Part shown: piece after piece, positions 50,018-60,063 of the stretch
Numbering within the stretch: the first letter of the stretch is position 1
How the letters are laid out: each line of letters starts with the position of its first letter
Assembly (NCBI GenBank): GCA_036281075.1
Contig: DASUPO010000091.1
Span: 251-64,250, forward strand
Direction: 5' to 3'
DNA from: Actinomycetota bacterium
GTDB lineage: Bacteria; Actinomycetota; UBA4738; HRBIN12
Length of the DNA stretch: 64,000 nt
The notes under the pieces: model-generated
What the model was told of the DNA's origin: nothing
Database searches by the model: none
What the model saw: the letters and a program-made list of their open reading frames with translations, nothing else
Program-made: the position numbers and the translations under genes

Positions 50018-51163
50018 GTGAGATCCCTCCGAGCCGCCGATCGCCATCGGGCGCCCTTCCCCGGAGCCCGCGCGATGGTCGCGATCCTCGCGACCGTCGC
50101 GCTCGCAGCGTGCACCGGGCAGACCGCCGGGCCGTCCGCGCCGGCGGCCTCCCCGCTCCCCCCGATCCGCGCCGGTGAGGAGCCGTTCGAGGCCGTCGCC
50201 CGGCGCGTCCTGCCGTCCGTGGTCAACGTCACGACCGACGTCTACCAGGCCTCTCCCACCGGCGCGCCGGAAGAGGGGAGAGGGGTCGGGACCGGCTTCG
50301 TCGTCGGCTCGAACGGCGTGATCGTCACGAATTGCCACGTGGTGCAGGGGGCGTCGCGCATCAGCGTGTTCACTTCGGAGGAGGAGCCCACCCGGTTCGA
50401 CGACGCCCGCGTGATCGGCGGTGACTGCGAACACGACCTCGCGGTCCTCAAGGTGGACGCGTCGGGGCTGCCGACGCTCCATCTCGGCTCGAGCGACGAC
50501 CTGCAGCTCGGCCAGCAGGTCGTCGCGATCGGCTACGCCCTCGCCCTCGAGGGCGGGCCCTCCGTCACCGCCGGCATCGTCTCCAGCCTCGATCGGACGA
50601 TCGAGGTCCCTGACCCGCAGTGCACCGTGTGTCCGAACGGGATCCGCACCTACAGCGACGTGGTCCAGACCGACGCGGCGATCAACCACGGGAACTCGGG
50701 CGGCCCCCTGGTCGACATGAGCGGCCGGGTCGTCGGGATCAACTCGGCCGGCAGCGACGACGCCGAGAACATCGGCTTCGCGATCGCGATCGACTCGGCC
50801 AAGGGCACGATCCGCCGGGCCATCTCCGACCCGCTCCGGGCGACCGCGTACCTCGGCGTCTCCACGCGGGACGTGACCTCGGACCTGGCGTTCCAGCTCG
50901 GGCTCGGCGCCCAGCAGGGGGCGCTCGTCCTGGCCGCGCTCACCGACGGCCCGGCGGCCGACGCCGGGATCGAGGAGGGCGACGTGATCGTGGACGTGAA
51001 CGGCGAGCCGATCGAGGCTGCGACCGATCTCGGGCAGGTCCTCGACGAGCTTCGCCCGGGGAGCCGCGTGGACGTCGTGGTGGTCGCGCCCGATGGCGAT
51101 GAGCGGACGCTCGAGGTCCGCCTCGGGACGAAGCCTCTGCCCACCGAGTTCCTGGAGCCGTAG
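50018..51163 (+). CDS. HtrA/DegP-family trypsin-like serine protease with PDZ domain
   Basis: Lipobox-like VALAAC. Catalytic contexts NCHVV (His), HDLAVLKV (Asp), GNSGGPLVD (Ser). C-terminal PDZ domain (GALVLAALTDGPAADAGIEEGDVIVDVNGEPI). Confidence 0.85.
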   Translation: MRSLRAADRHRAPFPGARAMVAILATVALAACTGQTAGPSAPAASPLPPIRAGEEPFEAVARRVLPSVVNVTTDVYQASPTGAPEEGRGVGTGFVVGSNGVIVTNCHVVQGASRISVFTSEEEPTRFDDARVIGGDCEHDLAVLKVDASGLPTLHLGSSDDLQLGQQVVAIGYALALEGGPSVTAGIVSSLDRTIEVPDPQCTVCPNGIRTYSDVVQTDAAINHGNSGGPLVDMSGRVVGINSAGSDDAENIGFAIAIDSAKGTIRRAISDPLRATAYLGVSTRDVTSDLAFQLGLGAQQGALVLAALTDGPAADAGIEEGDVIVDVNGEPIEAATDLGQVLDELRPGSRVDVVVVAPDGDERTLEVRLGTKPLPTEFLEP

Positions 51164-51184
51164 CACCTGCGCTAGCCTCTCGGC

Positions 51185-51385
51185 GTGAGGGTCACGCTCC
51201 GGAACCCGGATCGTGAGGTGACCACCGGCGGCGGTCGAACCGTGAGCGCGGTGCTCGACGAGCTCGGCATCCCCGTGGAGACGGTGCTCGTGATCCGTGC
51301 GGGGGAGCTCATCACGCGCGAGACCCGACTCCGCGACGACGACGAGCTGGAGATCCGCCCCGTGATCTCGGGGGGCGCCCGATGA
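51185..51385 (+). CDS. ThiS/MoaD/TtuB-like ubiquitin-fold sulfur-carrier protein
   Basis: 66 aa of beta-grasp size, ending ...IRPVISGGAR. The stop overlaps the ttuA ATG (ATGA). GTG start is 6 nt after TAGCCT. Confidence 0.7.
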   Translation: MRVTLRNPDREVTTGGGRTVSAVLDELGIPVETVLVIRAGELITRETRLRDDDELEIRPVISGGAR

Positions 51386-52374
51386 GATGCCGGAGCTGCC
51401 GGGGCCCGGCCGTGATCGAGGTCCCGCGTCACCACGCCGCCTTCTGCGACGACCATTTCCTGGCGATGTTCCGGGGGCAGGTCGAGAAGGCGATCCGGCG
51501 CTTCGAGATGGTCCGGCCCGGCGATCGGGTCCTCGTGGCCGTCTCGGGCGGGAAGGACTCCCTGGCGCTGTGGGACGTGCTCCTCGGGCTCGGCGTCGAC
51601 GCGACCGGCCTGTACCTCGGCCTCGGCATCGGGGACTACTCGGATCGCTCCCACGACGTCGCTCGCGCGTTCGCCGACCGCGCGGGGGCCAGACTGCTCG
51701 CCGTGGATCTGCGGCGAGACCTCGGGTACGACATCCCGACGGCCGGTCGACGAGGCTCCCGATCGACGTGCGCCGTCTGCGGCCTGTCGAAACGCTACGT
51801 GTTCAACCGGGCTGCCCTCGAAGGTGGGTTCGACGTCGTGGCGACGGGGCACAACCTCGATGACGAGGCGGCGACGCTGCTCGGCAACACGCTGCGGTGG
51901 CAGACCGACGCGATCGCCCGCCGATCGCCGGCGCTGCCCGCGCGCGACGGGATGGTGAAGAAGGTGAAGCCGCTCCACCGCCTGTCCGAGCTCGAGACCG
52001 CGGCGTACGCGTTCCTGCGCGGCATCGACTACGTCGTCGAGGAGTGCCCCCTCGTCGCCGGGAACACGCAGCTCCGTTACAAGGAGACGATGAACGCGAT
52101 CGAGCGCACGTCGCCCGGCACCAAGGCGCAGTTCTACCTCGGCTACCTCGAGCGGGGGATGGACCTGTTCAGGTCCGAGGATCGTGCCGAGCTCCGGGCG
52201 TGCGCGTCGTGCGGCCAGCCGACGACCGGCCGCTTCTGCGCGTTCTGCCGCGCCCGCGCGCAGATCCTCGGCGAGCGGCTCCAGGGGGCGGACGACCTCT
52301 CGGACCGAGAGGTGGCCGACGAGCTCGCCGACGAGGTCCTCCCGCTCGAGCTCTCCGACCGGGCGACGCGGTGA
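51382..52374 (+). CDS. ttuA: tRNA 2-thiolation PP-loop ATPase, TtuA family (tRNA-5-methyluridine-54 2-sulfurtransferase-like)
   Basis: N-terminal Cys/His zinc finger (CRSCRG...FCDDH), PP-loop VAVSGGKDSLALWD, central CAVCGLSKRY, HNLDDEAAT, C-terminal zinc finger CASCGQPTTGRFCAFC. Collinear with Thermus TtuA as I recall it. Confidence 0.85.
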   Translation: MRCRSCRGPAVIEVPRHHAAFCDDHFLAMFRGQVEKAIRRFEMVRPGDRVLVAVSGGKDSLALWDVLLGLGVDATGLYLGLGIGDYSDRSHDVARAFADRAGARLLAVDLRRDLGYDIPTAGRRGSRSTCAVCGLSKRYVFNRAALEGGFDVVATGHNLDDEAATLLGNTLRWQTDAIARRSPALPARDGMVKKVKPLHRLSELETAAYAFLRGIDYVVEECPLVAGNTQLRYKETMNAIERTSPGTKAQFYLGYLERGMDLFRSEDRAELRACASCGQPTTGRFCAFCRARAQILGERLQGADDLSDREVADELADEVLPLELSDRATR

Positions 52375-53156
52375 GCGCGCCGTTCGAGGCGGGCGAGAAG
52401 GTCCTGCTGATCGACCAGCGTGAGCGGACGTACCTCCTCACGCTCCAGGCCGGCGCGATCTACCACACGCACGGCGGGACGTTGGCGCACGACGACCTGA
52501 TCGGACAGCCGGAGGGTGCTCGGGTCGCCACGGCGCGCGGGATGGTGCTCGTCGCGTTCCGCCCGCGCTTCGCCGACTACGTGGTGAAGATGCCCCGGGG
52601 CGCGCAGGTGATCTACCCGAAGGACCTCGGGCCCATCGTCCTGGACGCGGACGTGTTCCCGGGAGCGCGCGTCCTGGAGGCGGGGACCGGCTCGGGCGCG
52701 CTCACGATCGCCCTCGTGCGAGCCGTCGGTGACCAGGGCCACGTCGTCTCGTACGAGGTGCGTCCCGAGCATCAGGAGCGAGCCCGGTCGAACGTCGAAG
52801 GGTTCTTCGGGAAGATCCCCGACCAGCTCGAGCTCCGGGTGGGTGACGTGGCCGAGGCGGGCGCGGGGAGAGACCGGTTCGACCGGCTCGTCCTCGACGT
52901 CCCGGAGCCCTGGGAGCCTCTGGCCGCGGTCCGGCCCGCGTTGGTGCCGGGCGCGGTCCTGTGCGCCTACCTGCCCACCACGGTCCAGGTCCAGCAGCTC
53001 GTGCTGGCCCTGCCTTCGGCAGGCTTCCATCACCTCGAGACGTTCGAGGTGCTGAGGCGCGCCTGGCACGTGACGGGCCGGAGCGTCCGGCCGGACCACC
53101 GGATGGTGGGGCATACGGGCTTCCTGACGCTGGCTCGCGTCGGTTCCCGGGGCTAG
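52371..53156 (+). CDS. trmI: tRNA (adenine-58-N1)-methyltransferase TrmI
   Basis: GTG overlaps the ttuA stop. SAM motif VLEAGTGSGALT and LDVPEPWE motif. Same position relative to mpa as in mycobacteria. Confidence 0.85.
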   Translation: MSAPFEAGEKVLLIDQRERTYLLTLQAGAIYHTHGGTLAHDDLIGQPEGARVATARGMVLVAFRPRFADYVVKMPRGAQVIYPKDLGPIVLDADVFPGARVLEAGTGSGALTIALVRAVGDQGHVVSYEVRPEHQERARSNVEGFFGKIPDQLELRVGDVAEAGAGRDRFDRLVLDVPEPWEPLAAVRPALVPGAVLCAYLPTTVQVQQLVLALPSAGFHHLETFEVLRRAWHVTGRSVRPDHRMVGHTGFLTLARVGSRG

Positions 53157-53287
53157 CATCGCGGGGAAGTACCCGGTTCCGGGCATCGGCCGTCGGCGCC
53201 TCCCTGCCGTATTGAAGGTGAGAGCACTTCCTGGAGGCGGGTCGATGCCGGGGTACCATCGGGTCCCCGGTGGGAGAGGTGAGCCGG

Positions 53288-55030
53288 ATGGCCGATCGGC
53301 ACGAGCAGGACGAGCAACGCGCCAAGCAGGTGCATGAGCTGGAGACCCAGATCTCCTTCCTCGAGGAGGAGGTCGGCCTCCTCCGCCGACGGCTGACCAA
53401 CGCCCCCCGTCAGGTGCAGCTCCTCGAGGAGAAGCTCGTCGAGGCACGGGAGGCGCTCGCCCGAGCCTCGGGACAGAACCAGAAGCTCGCGGACGCGCTC
53501 CGCGACGAGAAGCAGCGCATCGAGGCCCTGGCCGAGGAGGTCGAGAAGCTCTCCCAGCCGCCCGCGACGTTCGGGGTGTTCGTCGGGAGCAACGACGACG
53601 GATCCGTCGACGTGGTCACCGCCGGGCGGAAGATGCGCGTGATGCCCGCGCCGGACCTCGACGCCGACAAGCTCCACTCCGGCGCCCAGGTGATCCTGAA
53701 CGACGCGCTCAACGTGGTGGAGGTCCTGGACCCCGACGGCGCCGGTCAGGTGGTCAAGGTCAAGGACAAGCTGGGCCCGGATCGAGCGGTCGTCGTGAGC
53801 CGCGGCGACGAGGAGCACGTTGCCTACCTGGCGGGGTCGCTCCTCGGAGCCACCGTCCGGGCGGGGGACCCCGTGCTCTACGACGCGCGCTCCGGCGTCG
53901 CGACCGAGCTCCTGCCTCGCGAGGAGGTGGAGGAGCTCGTCCTCGAGGAGATCCCCGACATCGGCTACGAGGACATCGGAGGCCTGGAGGGTCAGATCGA
54001 GGCGATCCGCGACGCGGTGGAGCTCCCGTTCCTCTACGCCGAGCTGTTCCAGGAGCACGAGCTCGAGGCCCCCAAGGGCGTGCTGCTCTACGGCCCGCCG
54101 GGATGCGGGAAGACGTTGATCGCCAAGGCGGTCGCCAAGTCGCTCGCCGACAAGGTCCGTGAGCGGACGGGTCGCGAGGACGCGCGCAGCTATTTCCTCA
54201 ACGTGAAGGGCCCGGAGCTGCTGAACAAGTACGTCGGCGAGACCGAGCGACAGATCCGCGAGATCTTCCAGCGCGCCAAGGAGCGCAGCGAGGAGGGGCT
54301 CCCGGTGATCGTCTTCTTCGACGAGATGGATTCGATCTTCCGCACGCGCGGGACCGGCATCTCCTCCGACGTGGAGTCGACGATCGTGCCCCAGCTCCTC
54401 TCGGAGCTGGACGGCGTCGAGACCCTGAAGAACGTGATCGTGATCGGGGCTTCCAACCGCGAGGACCTGATCGACCCCGCGATCCTGCGGCCCGGCCGGC
54501 TCGACGTGAAGATCAAGATCGAGCGCCCGGACGCGCAGCAAGCCAAGGACGTGATGTCGAAGTACCTGCACCCCGTCGTCCCGATCCATCCCGACGAGGT
54601 CGGCAGGAACGGCGGCGACGTCCAGGTCACGGTGTCACGGATGATCGAACGGACCGTCGAGCAGATGTACGAGCCGTCGGAGCGCAACCGGTTCCTGGAG
54701 GTGACGTACGCGTCCGGGGACAAGGAGATCCTCTACTTCAAGGACTTCAACTCCGGCGCGATGATCGAGAACATCGTCCGCCGCGCCAAGAAGGATGCGA
54801 TCAAGCGCTTCCTCTCGACGGGGGAGAAGGGGATCAAGACCGACGATCTCCTGACGGCGATCCGCGACGAGTTCAAGGAGAACGAGGACCTCCCCAACAC
54901 GACCAACCCGGACGACTGGGCCCGGATCTCGGGCAAGAAGGGCGAGCGCATCGTGTACGTGCGGACCCTGCTCGGCGACGAGGGCGACGGCCGGCAGGTC
55001 GAACGCGTGAGTCCCGGGCAATACCTGTAG
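53288..55030 (+). CDS. mpa: Proteasome-associated AAA+ ATPase Mpa/ARC
   Basis: ATG after RBS gggagagg (an in-frame GTG lies at 53270). N-terminal coiled coil, OB domains, Walker A GPPGCGKT, Walker [11 protein letters not shown]-terminal GQYL proteasome-docking tail. Confidence 0.95.
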   Translation: MADRHEQDEQRAKQVHELETQISFLEEEVGLLRRRLTNAPRQVQLLEEKLVEAREALARASGQNQKLADALRDEKQRIEALAEEVEKLSQPPATFGVFVGSNDDGSVDVVTAGRKMRVMPAPDLDADKLHSGAQVILNDALNVVEVLDPDGAGQVVKVKDKLGPDRAVVVSRGDEEHVAYLAGSLLGATVRAGDPVLYDARSGVATELLPREEVEELVLEEIPDIGYEDIGGLEGQIEAIRDAVELPFLYAELFQEHELEAPKGVLLYGPPGCGKTLIAKAVAKSLADKVRERTGREDARSYFLNVKGPELLNKYVGETERQIREIFQRAKERSEEGLPVIVFFDEMDSIFRTRGTGISSDVESTIVPQLLSELDGVETLKNVIVIGASNREDLIDPAILRPGRLDVKIKIERPDAQQAKDVMSKYLHPVVPIHPDEVGRNGGDVQVTVSRMIERTVEQMYEPSERNRFLEVTYASGDKEILYFKDFNSGAMIENIVRRAKKDAIKRFLSTGEKGIKTDDLLTAIRDEFKENEDLPNTTNPDDWARISGKKGERIVYVRTLLGDEGDGRQVERVSPGQYL

Positions 55031-55039
55031 GGTCCCCGG

Positions 55040-56524
55040 GTGGCCATCCCCAAGGTCCTCGGGACCGAGACCGAGTACGGCATCGCGGCCGCCGGCGTGC
55101 CGGATTTCAATCCCGTCCTGTCGTCGTCGATGCTGATCTCGACGTTCGCAGGGGCGCTCCGACGGATCCGATGGGACTACGAGCAGGAATCGCCGCTCCG
55201 CGACGCACGTGGTTTCGAGCCGATCCCGTCGCGGGAGGTCTCGGACGAGGACCTCGGGCTCGCGAACGTGATCCTGCCGAACGGGGCGCGCTACTACGTG
55301 GATCACGCGCACCCCGAGTACTCCACCCCGGAGTGCCTGACGCCGCGCGAGCTCGTGGTCCACGACAAGGCGGGGGAGCGGATCCTCGAGCGCTCGCTCC
55401 TCGAGGTCGCGGCCCAGCTCCCCGACGTCCCGAGGCTCCTGATCCACAAGAACAACTCCGACGGCAAGGGGAACTCCTACGGCACGCACGAGAACTACCT
55501 CGTCGACCGACAGACGGCGTTCGCCGACATCGTCCGGGACCTGACGCCTTTCTTCGTCTCGCGGCAGGTCTTCTGCGGCGCCGGCAAGCTCGGCTCGGAG
55601 GCGCCCTGGGACGAGCGCGGCCGGCCGATCTACCAGCTGACCCAGCGCGCGGACTTCTTCGAGACCGAGGTCGGATTGGAGACCACGCTGAAGCGGCCGA
55701 TCATCAACACCCGGGACGAGCCGCACGCGGACCCCGAGAAGTACCGGCGGCTGCACGTGATCATCGGGGACGCGAACATGTGCGAGGTCGCGCAGTTCCT
55801 GAAGATCGGGACGACCTCGATCGTCTTGAAGATGATCGAGGATCGCTTCCTGCCCGATCTCTCGCTCGAGGGACCGGTTCGGGCCTTGCACGAGGTCTCC
55901 CGTGACATCACGTGCTCGGTCGACGTGCCGTTGGCCGACGGTCGCCGGCTCTCGGCGGTCCAGCTCCAGTGGGAGTACTTCGAGCACGCCAAGAAGTACG
56001 TCGAGCGCGAGGACGACACGCCCGACAACCGCGAGGTCCTCGAGCGCTGGGAGGCCGTCCTCGGCGCCTTGGAGACCGAGCCGCTCTCGCTCCACCGGGA
56101 GTTGGACTGGGTCGCGAAGTACCGCCTGCTGGAGGGCTACCGGGAGCGTGGTGGCCTCGACCGGGGTGATCCGAAGCTCCGCGCGATCGACCTGCAGTAC
56201 CACGACGTCCGCCGGGACAAGGGGCTCTACTACCGGCTGGAGCGCTCGGGGAAGGTCGAGCGTCTCGTCGACGAGAAGGACGTGGAGCGGGCCGTCCTCG
56301 AGCCGCCGGAGGACACGCGCGCGTACTTCCGAGGACGGTGTATCTCGAAGTTCCCGGAGGCGATCGCGGCCGCGTCCTGGGACTCGCTGATCGTCGACAC
56401 GGGCGCGGACGCGCTCCAGCGGATCCCGATGCGGGAACCGCTCCGGGGCACGCGAGGTCACGTGGACGAGCTCCTGGAGACGTCCCACGACGCGGCCACG
56501 CTCGTCGCCGCCCTCCAGGGGTAG
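55040..56524 (+). CDS. dop: Pup deamidase/depupylase Dop
   Basis: N-terminus KVLGTETEYG of the Dop/PafA glutamine-synthetase-like family. 494 aa, longer than PafA. Lies immediately upstream of pup. Confidence 0.92.
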   Translation: MAIPKVLGTETEYGIAAAGVPDFNPVLSSSMLISTFAGALRRIRWDYEQESPLRDARGFEPIPSREVSDEDLGLANVILPNGARYYVDHAHPEYSTPECLTPRELVVHDKAGERILERSLLEVAAQLPDVPRLLIHKNNSDGKGNSYGTHENYLVDRQTAFADIVRDLTPFFVSRQVFCGAGKLGSEAPWDERGRPIYQLTQRADFFETEVGLETTLKRPIINTRDEPHADPEKYRRLHVIIGDANMCEVAQFLKIGTTSIVLKMIEDRFLPDLSLEGPVRALHEVSRDITCSVDVPLADGRRLSAVQLQWEYFEHAKKYVEREDDTPDNREVLERWEAVLGALETEPLSLHRELDWVAKYRLLEGYRERGGLDRGDPKLRAIDLQYHDVRRDKGLYYRLERSGKVERLVDEKDVERAVLEPPEDTRAYFRGRCISKFPEAIAAASWDSLIVDTGADALQRIPMREPLRGTRGHVDELLETSHDAATLVAALQG

Positions 56525-56579
56525 GGCCGGGCGGGTCCCGTGGGTGGGTCCGGCTAGAATCGCGTTCGGAGGAGGACGG

Positions 56580-56783
56580 ATGCCCGAACAGGAACGCAAA
56601 CGGGTCCAGAAGAAGGGTGGCGGCGGCGACGAGACCGCCGACGACGCCGGTCAGGTCTCTGCGACGTCCAAGGCCGCCGAGCTGAAGGAGGAGATGGACG
56701 AGATCCTCGACGAGATCGACTCCGTCCTGGAGGAGAACGCCGAGGAGTTCGTGAAGTCCTACGTCCAGAAGGGCGGCGAGTGA
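56580..56783 (+). CDS. pup: Prokaryotic ubiquitin-like protein Pup (C-terminal GGE)
   Basis: ATG after RBS ggaggagg. 67 aa, acidic and disordered. C-terminal helix region EEMDEILDEIDSVLEENAEEFVKSYVQKGGE. A TAGAAT -10 box sits at 56555. Confidence 0.9.
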   Translation: MPEQERKRVQKKGGGGDETADDAGQVSATSKAAELKEEMDEILDEIDSVLEENAEEFVKSYVQKGGE

Positions 56784-57568
56784 CCGACCGGGTCGAGCTC
56801 CCGCTCTCGGGAGCCTCGTTCGGCGCGGATCCGAGCTTCGTGGAGTTGCTGCGGCGACAGCGTCCGGAGGCGCTGCCTCCGGGCGTCCCCGTCGGCGTGG
56901 ACGTGCCACAGGGCACGACGGTGCTCGGCCTGCGGTTCGCCGACGGCATCGTGATGGCCGGCGATCGCCGTGCGACGGCCGGCTACACGATCGCGGACGC
57001 GAAGATGAAGAAGGTGTTCCCGGCCGACGACTTCTCCGCGATCGCGATCGCCGGCGCCGCCGGTCAAGCGGTCGAGACGGTCCGGCTCTTCCAGCTCGAG
57101 CTCGAGCACTACGAGAAGCTGACGGGCGATCGACTCTCCTTGGAGGGCAAGGCGAACCGACTCGCCCAGATGATCCGTGCGAACTTCCCCCTCGCGATCC
57201 AGGGGCTCGTGGTCGTGCCGCTGTTCGGCGGCTACGACCTGTCGCGGAGCGAGGGCCGCCTCTTCTACTACGACGCCACCGGCGGCCGCTGGGAGGAGGA
57301 GGACTACCAGGCGACCGGGTCGGGGGCCCAGTCCGCGAAGAACTCGCTGAAGAAGCGATGGCGCGCCGGGCTCGCCCACCAGGAAGCGCTCCGCGTCGCC
57401 GTCGAGGCGCTGATCGATGCGGCCGAGGACGACGTCGCGACCGGCGGGCCCGACCTCTCACGCGGCATCGTGCCCGTGGTCGTGACCGTCACCTCGGAGG
57501 GCGCCACCGAGTCGTCGGACGGCGACGTCGCCGCCGCAGTCCGCGAGGTGCTGGGGTCGAGGTCCTAG
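56780..57568 (+). CDS. prcB: 20S proteasome beta subunit
   Basis: GTG overlaps the pup stop. Propeptide followed by the active-site Thr context PQG-TTVLGLRF. Confidence 0.93.
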   Translation: MTDRVELPLSGASFGADPSFVELLRRQRPEALPPGVPVGVDVPQGTTVLGLRFADGIVMAGDRRATAGYTIADAKMKKVFPADDFSAIAIAGAAGQAVETVRLFQLELEHYEKLTGDRLSLEGKANRLAQMIRANFPLAIQGLVVVPLFGGYDLSRSEGRLFYYDATGGRWEEEDYQATGSGAQSAKNSLKKRWRAGLAHQEALRVAVEALIDAAEDDVATGGPDLSRGIVPVVVTVTSEGATESSDGDVAAAVREVLGSRS

Positions 57569-58255
57569 ATGTCGTACATGCCCTACGTCTCGCCGGACCA
57601 GCTGATGAAGGACCGGTCCGAGTACGCGCACAAGGGCATCGCCCGCGGTCGCTCGGTGATCGGGCTGGCATACACGGACGGGCTCCTGTTCATCGCCGAG
57701 AACCCGAGCGCGACCCTCCACAAGATCAGCGAGATCTACGATCGGATCGCGTTCGCGGGGGTCGGCAAGTACAGCGAGTTCGAGGACCTGCGGATCGCCG
57801 GGATCCGCCTCGCGGATCTCCGCGGCTACTCGTACGGGCGCGAGGACGTGAAGGCGCGCGATCTCGCGAACGCCTACTCGCAGGCCCTGTCCACGATCTT
57901 CACCCAGCAGATGAAGCCCTACGAGGTGGAGATCCTCGTGGGCGAGGTGGACGGAGAGGTCGAGGGAACCTCGATCTACCACGTGCTGTTCGACGGGAGC
58001 GTCACGGACGAGCACGGGTCCGTCGCGGTCGGCGGACACGCGGACGAGCTGACCGAGGTCTTGCAGCAGCGCTACCGCGCGGGTCTCGACCTCGGGGAGG
58101 CCGTGCGAACAGCGGTCCAGGTGCTCGGCACGCCGGAGTCGCGGACGATCGACGCCGACCAGATCGAAGCGGGCGTCCTCGACCGCACCAGGCCGCGGCG
58201 CCGGAAGTTCCACCGGCTGGCCGACGACGAACTCGGCCGCCTGCTGGCCGGATGA
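57569..58255 (+). CDS. prcA: 20S proteasome alpha subunit
   Basis: MSYMPYVSPDQLMKDRSEYAHKGIARGRSV is a typical actinobacterial PrcA N-terminus. Starts directly after the prcB stop. Confidence 0.93.
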   Translation: MSYMPYVSPDQLMKDRSEYAHKGIARGRSVIGLAYTDGLLFIAENPSATLHKISEIYDRIAFAGVGKYSEFEDLRIAGIRLADLRGYSYGREDVKARDLANAYSQALSTIFTQQMKPYEVEILVGEVDGEVEGTSIYHVLFDGSVTDEHGSVAVGGHADELTEVLQQRYRAGLDLGEAVRTAVQVLGTPESRTIDADQIEAGVLDRTRPRRRKFHRLADDELGRLLAG

Positions 58256-58424
58256 CGCGGCGGTCCGATCCGTTCCGTCGGCTCGTCGGCCGCCTCCGGG
58301 AGCAGCAGGCCATGGCGAGGACGACCGGGGATCATCGGCGGGGCCTCGAGCGGGGCTCGTAGGGCGCGATCGCACGGCGGCCAGGCATCCCCTCGTCCAC
58401 GGTCCCCCGGCGTAGGCTGGACCT

Positions 58425-59783
58425 GTGGATCGCAGGATCTTCGGGCTCGAGAACGAGTACGGCGTCACGTGCACGTTCCGTGGGCAGCGGCGCCTCTCGC
58501 CCGATGAGGTCGCGCGCTACCTCTTCCGGCGCGTCGTCCACTGGGGCCGTTCCTCGAACGTCTTCCTCGAGAACGGGGCACGCCTGTACCTCGACGTCGG
58601 CTCCCATCCCGAGTACGCGACGCCGGAGTGCGACGACGTCGAGGAGCTCGTGGCGCATGACAAGGCCGGCGAGCGGATCCTCGAGGCGCTCCTCGGCGCC
58701 GCGGAGATGCGCCTGCACGAGGAGGGCATCTCCGGCCAGGTCTACCTCTTCAAGAACAACACCGACTCCGCCGGCAACTCCTACGGCTGCCACGAGAACT
58801 ACCTCGTCGCCCGGCACGGGGAGTTCGCGCGGATGGCCGACGTCTTGATCCCGTTCTTCGTGACCCGCCAGATCTGGTGCGGCGCAGGGAAAGTTCTCCA
58901 CGGCCCGCGAGGCGCCCAGTTCTGCATCTCGCAGCGGGCCGAGCACATCTGGGAGGGCGTCTCGTCCGCGACCACGCGGTCGCGGCCGATCATCAACACG
59001 CGCGACGAGCCCCACGCCGACGCGGAGCGGTTCCGGCGCCTCCACGTGATCGTCGGCGACTCGAACATGAGCGAGTGGACGACGTTCCTGAAGGTCGGCA
59101 TCACCGACCTCGTGCTTCGGATGGTGGAGGGCAATACGGTGATGCGCGATCTCACGCTCGAGAACCCGATCAGAGCGATCCGCGAGATCAGCCACGACAC
59201 GACCGGCACGCGCAAGGTGAAGCTCGCCAACGGCCGCGAGCTCTCGGCGATCGAGATGCAACAGGAGTACTTCGAGAAGACCTCCCGGTTCCTCGAGCGA
59301 CGCGGGACGGACGAGAGCTCGAAGCTGCTGCTCTACGAATGGGGCGAGGCGCTCGACGCACTGGCCGCGGGAGCTCCGGAACGACTCGCGCGCAAGGTGG
59401 ACTGGGTCACGAAGCGGCTCCTGATCGAGCGGTACATGTCGAAGCACGACCTCTCGCTGGCCTCCCCGAAGGTCGCGCTCCTCGACCTCACGTATCACGA
59501 CGTGAACCGCGGCCGCGGCCTCTACTACCTGCTCGAGAAGGCCGAAAGGGTCGAGCGCGTCGCGGCGGAGGCCGAGATTTCGAAGGCGATGCGCGAGCCG
59601 CCGCAGACGACGCGGGCCAAGCTGCGCGGTGACTTCATCCGGCAGGCGAAATCGAAACGGCGCGACTACACCGTCGACTGGGTCCACCTGAAGCTGAACG
59701 ACCAGGCGCAGCGCACGGTGCTCTGCAAGGACCCGTTCAAGGCCGTGGACGAGCGCGTGGAGCAGCTGATCGCTCACATGTGA
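58425..59783 (+). CDS. pafA: Pup--protein ligase PafA
   Basis: [15 protein letters not shown]-terminus. 452 aa. Paralogous to Dop but without its insertion. GTG start is 6 nt after TAGGCT (leaderless). Confidence 0.93.
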   Translation: MDRRIFGLENEYGVTCTFRGQRRLSPDEVARYLFRRVVHWGRSSNVFLENGARLYLDVGSHPEYATPECDDVEELVAHDKAGERILEALLGAAEMRLHEEGISGQVYLFKNNTDSAGNSYGCHENYLVARHGEFARMADVLIPFFVTRQIWCGAGKVLHGPRGAQFCISQRAEHIWEGVSSATTRSRPIINTRDEPHADAERFRRLHVIVGDSNMSEWTTFLKVGITDLVLRMVEGNTVMRDLTLENPIRAIREISHDTTGTRKVKLANGRELSAIEMQQEYFEKTSRFLERRGTDESSKLLLYEWGEALDALAAGAPERLARKVDWVTKRLLIERYMSKHDLSLASPKVALLDLTYHDVNRGRGLYYLLEKAERVERVAAEAEISKAMREPPQTTRAKLRGDFIRQAKSKRRDYTVDWVHLKLNDQAQRTVLCKDPFKAVDERVEQLIAHM

Positions 59784-60061
59784 TGCCGAAGCCCGTGCTG
59801 GAGCTCGTCGCGATCGCCGTGCCGGAGCTCGTCGGGGAAACGATCACGGGTGTGCTCCTCCGATGGACCGGCGGCCGCTGGCAGCGCGTGGCGCTCGGCG
59901 ATCGGCGCCGAGCGGAGGCGGCGGTGCGGTTCCTCTGGCGGCAACACATGCACGCGTGGGTCCGTCCCACGCGCCGGAGCGGCTACGAGGTGATCGTCCG
60001 CACCGCCGACGCGGAGGTCGGCAGGCGCCTGCTGAACGCCCCGAGCTCCGGGCGCGCGTGA
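59780..60061 (+). CDS. Hypothetical protein (92-93 aa) coupled to pafA
   Basis: GTG/ATG at 59780/59783 overlaps the pafA stop (ATGTGATG). High GC3. No recognisable motif. Arg/Trp-rich. Confidence 0.5.
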   Translation: MMPKPVLELVAIAVPELVGETITGVLLRWTGGRWQRVALGDRRRAEAAVRFLWRQHMHAWVRPTRRSGYEVIVRTADAEVGRRLLNAPSSGRA

Positions 60062-60063
60062 CC

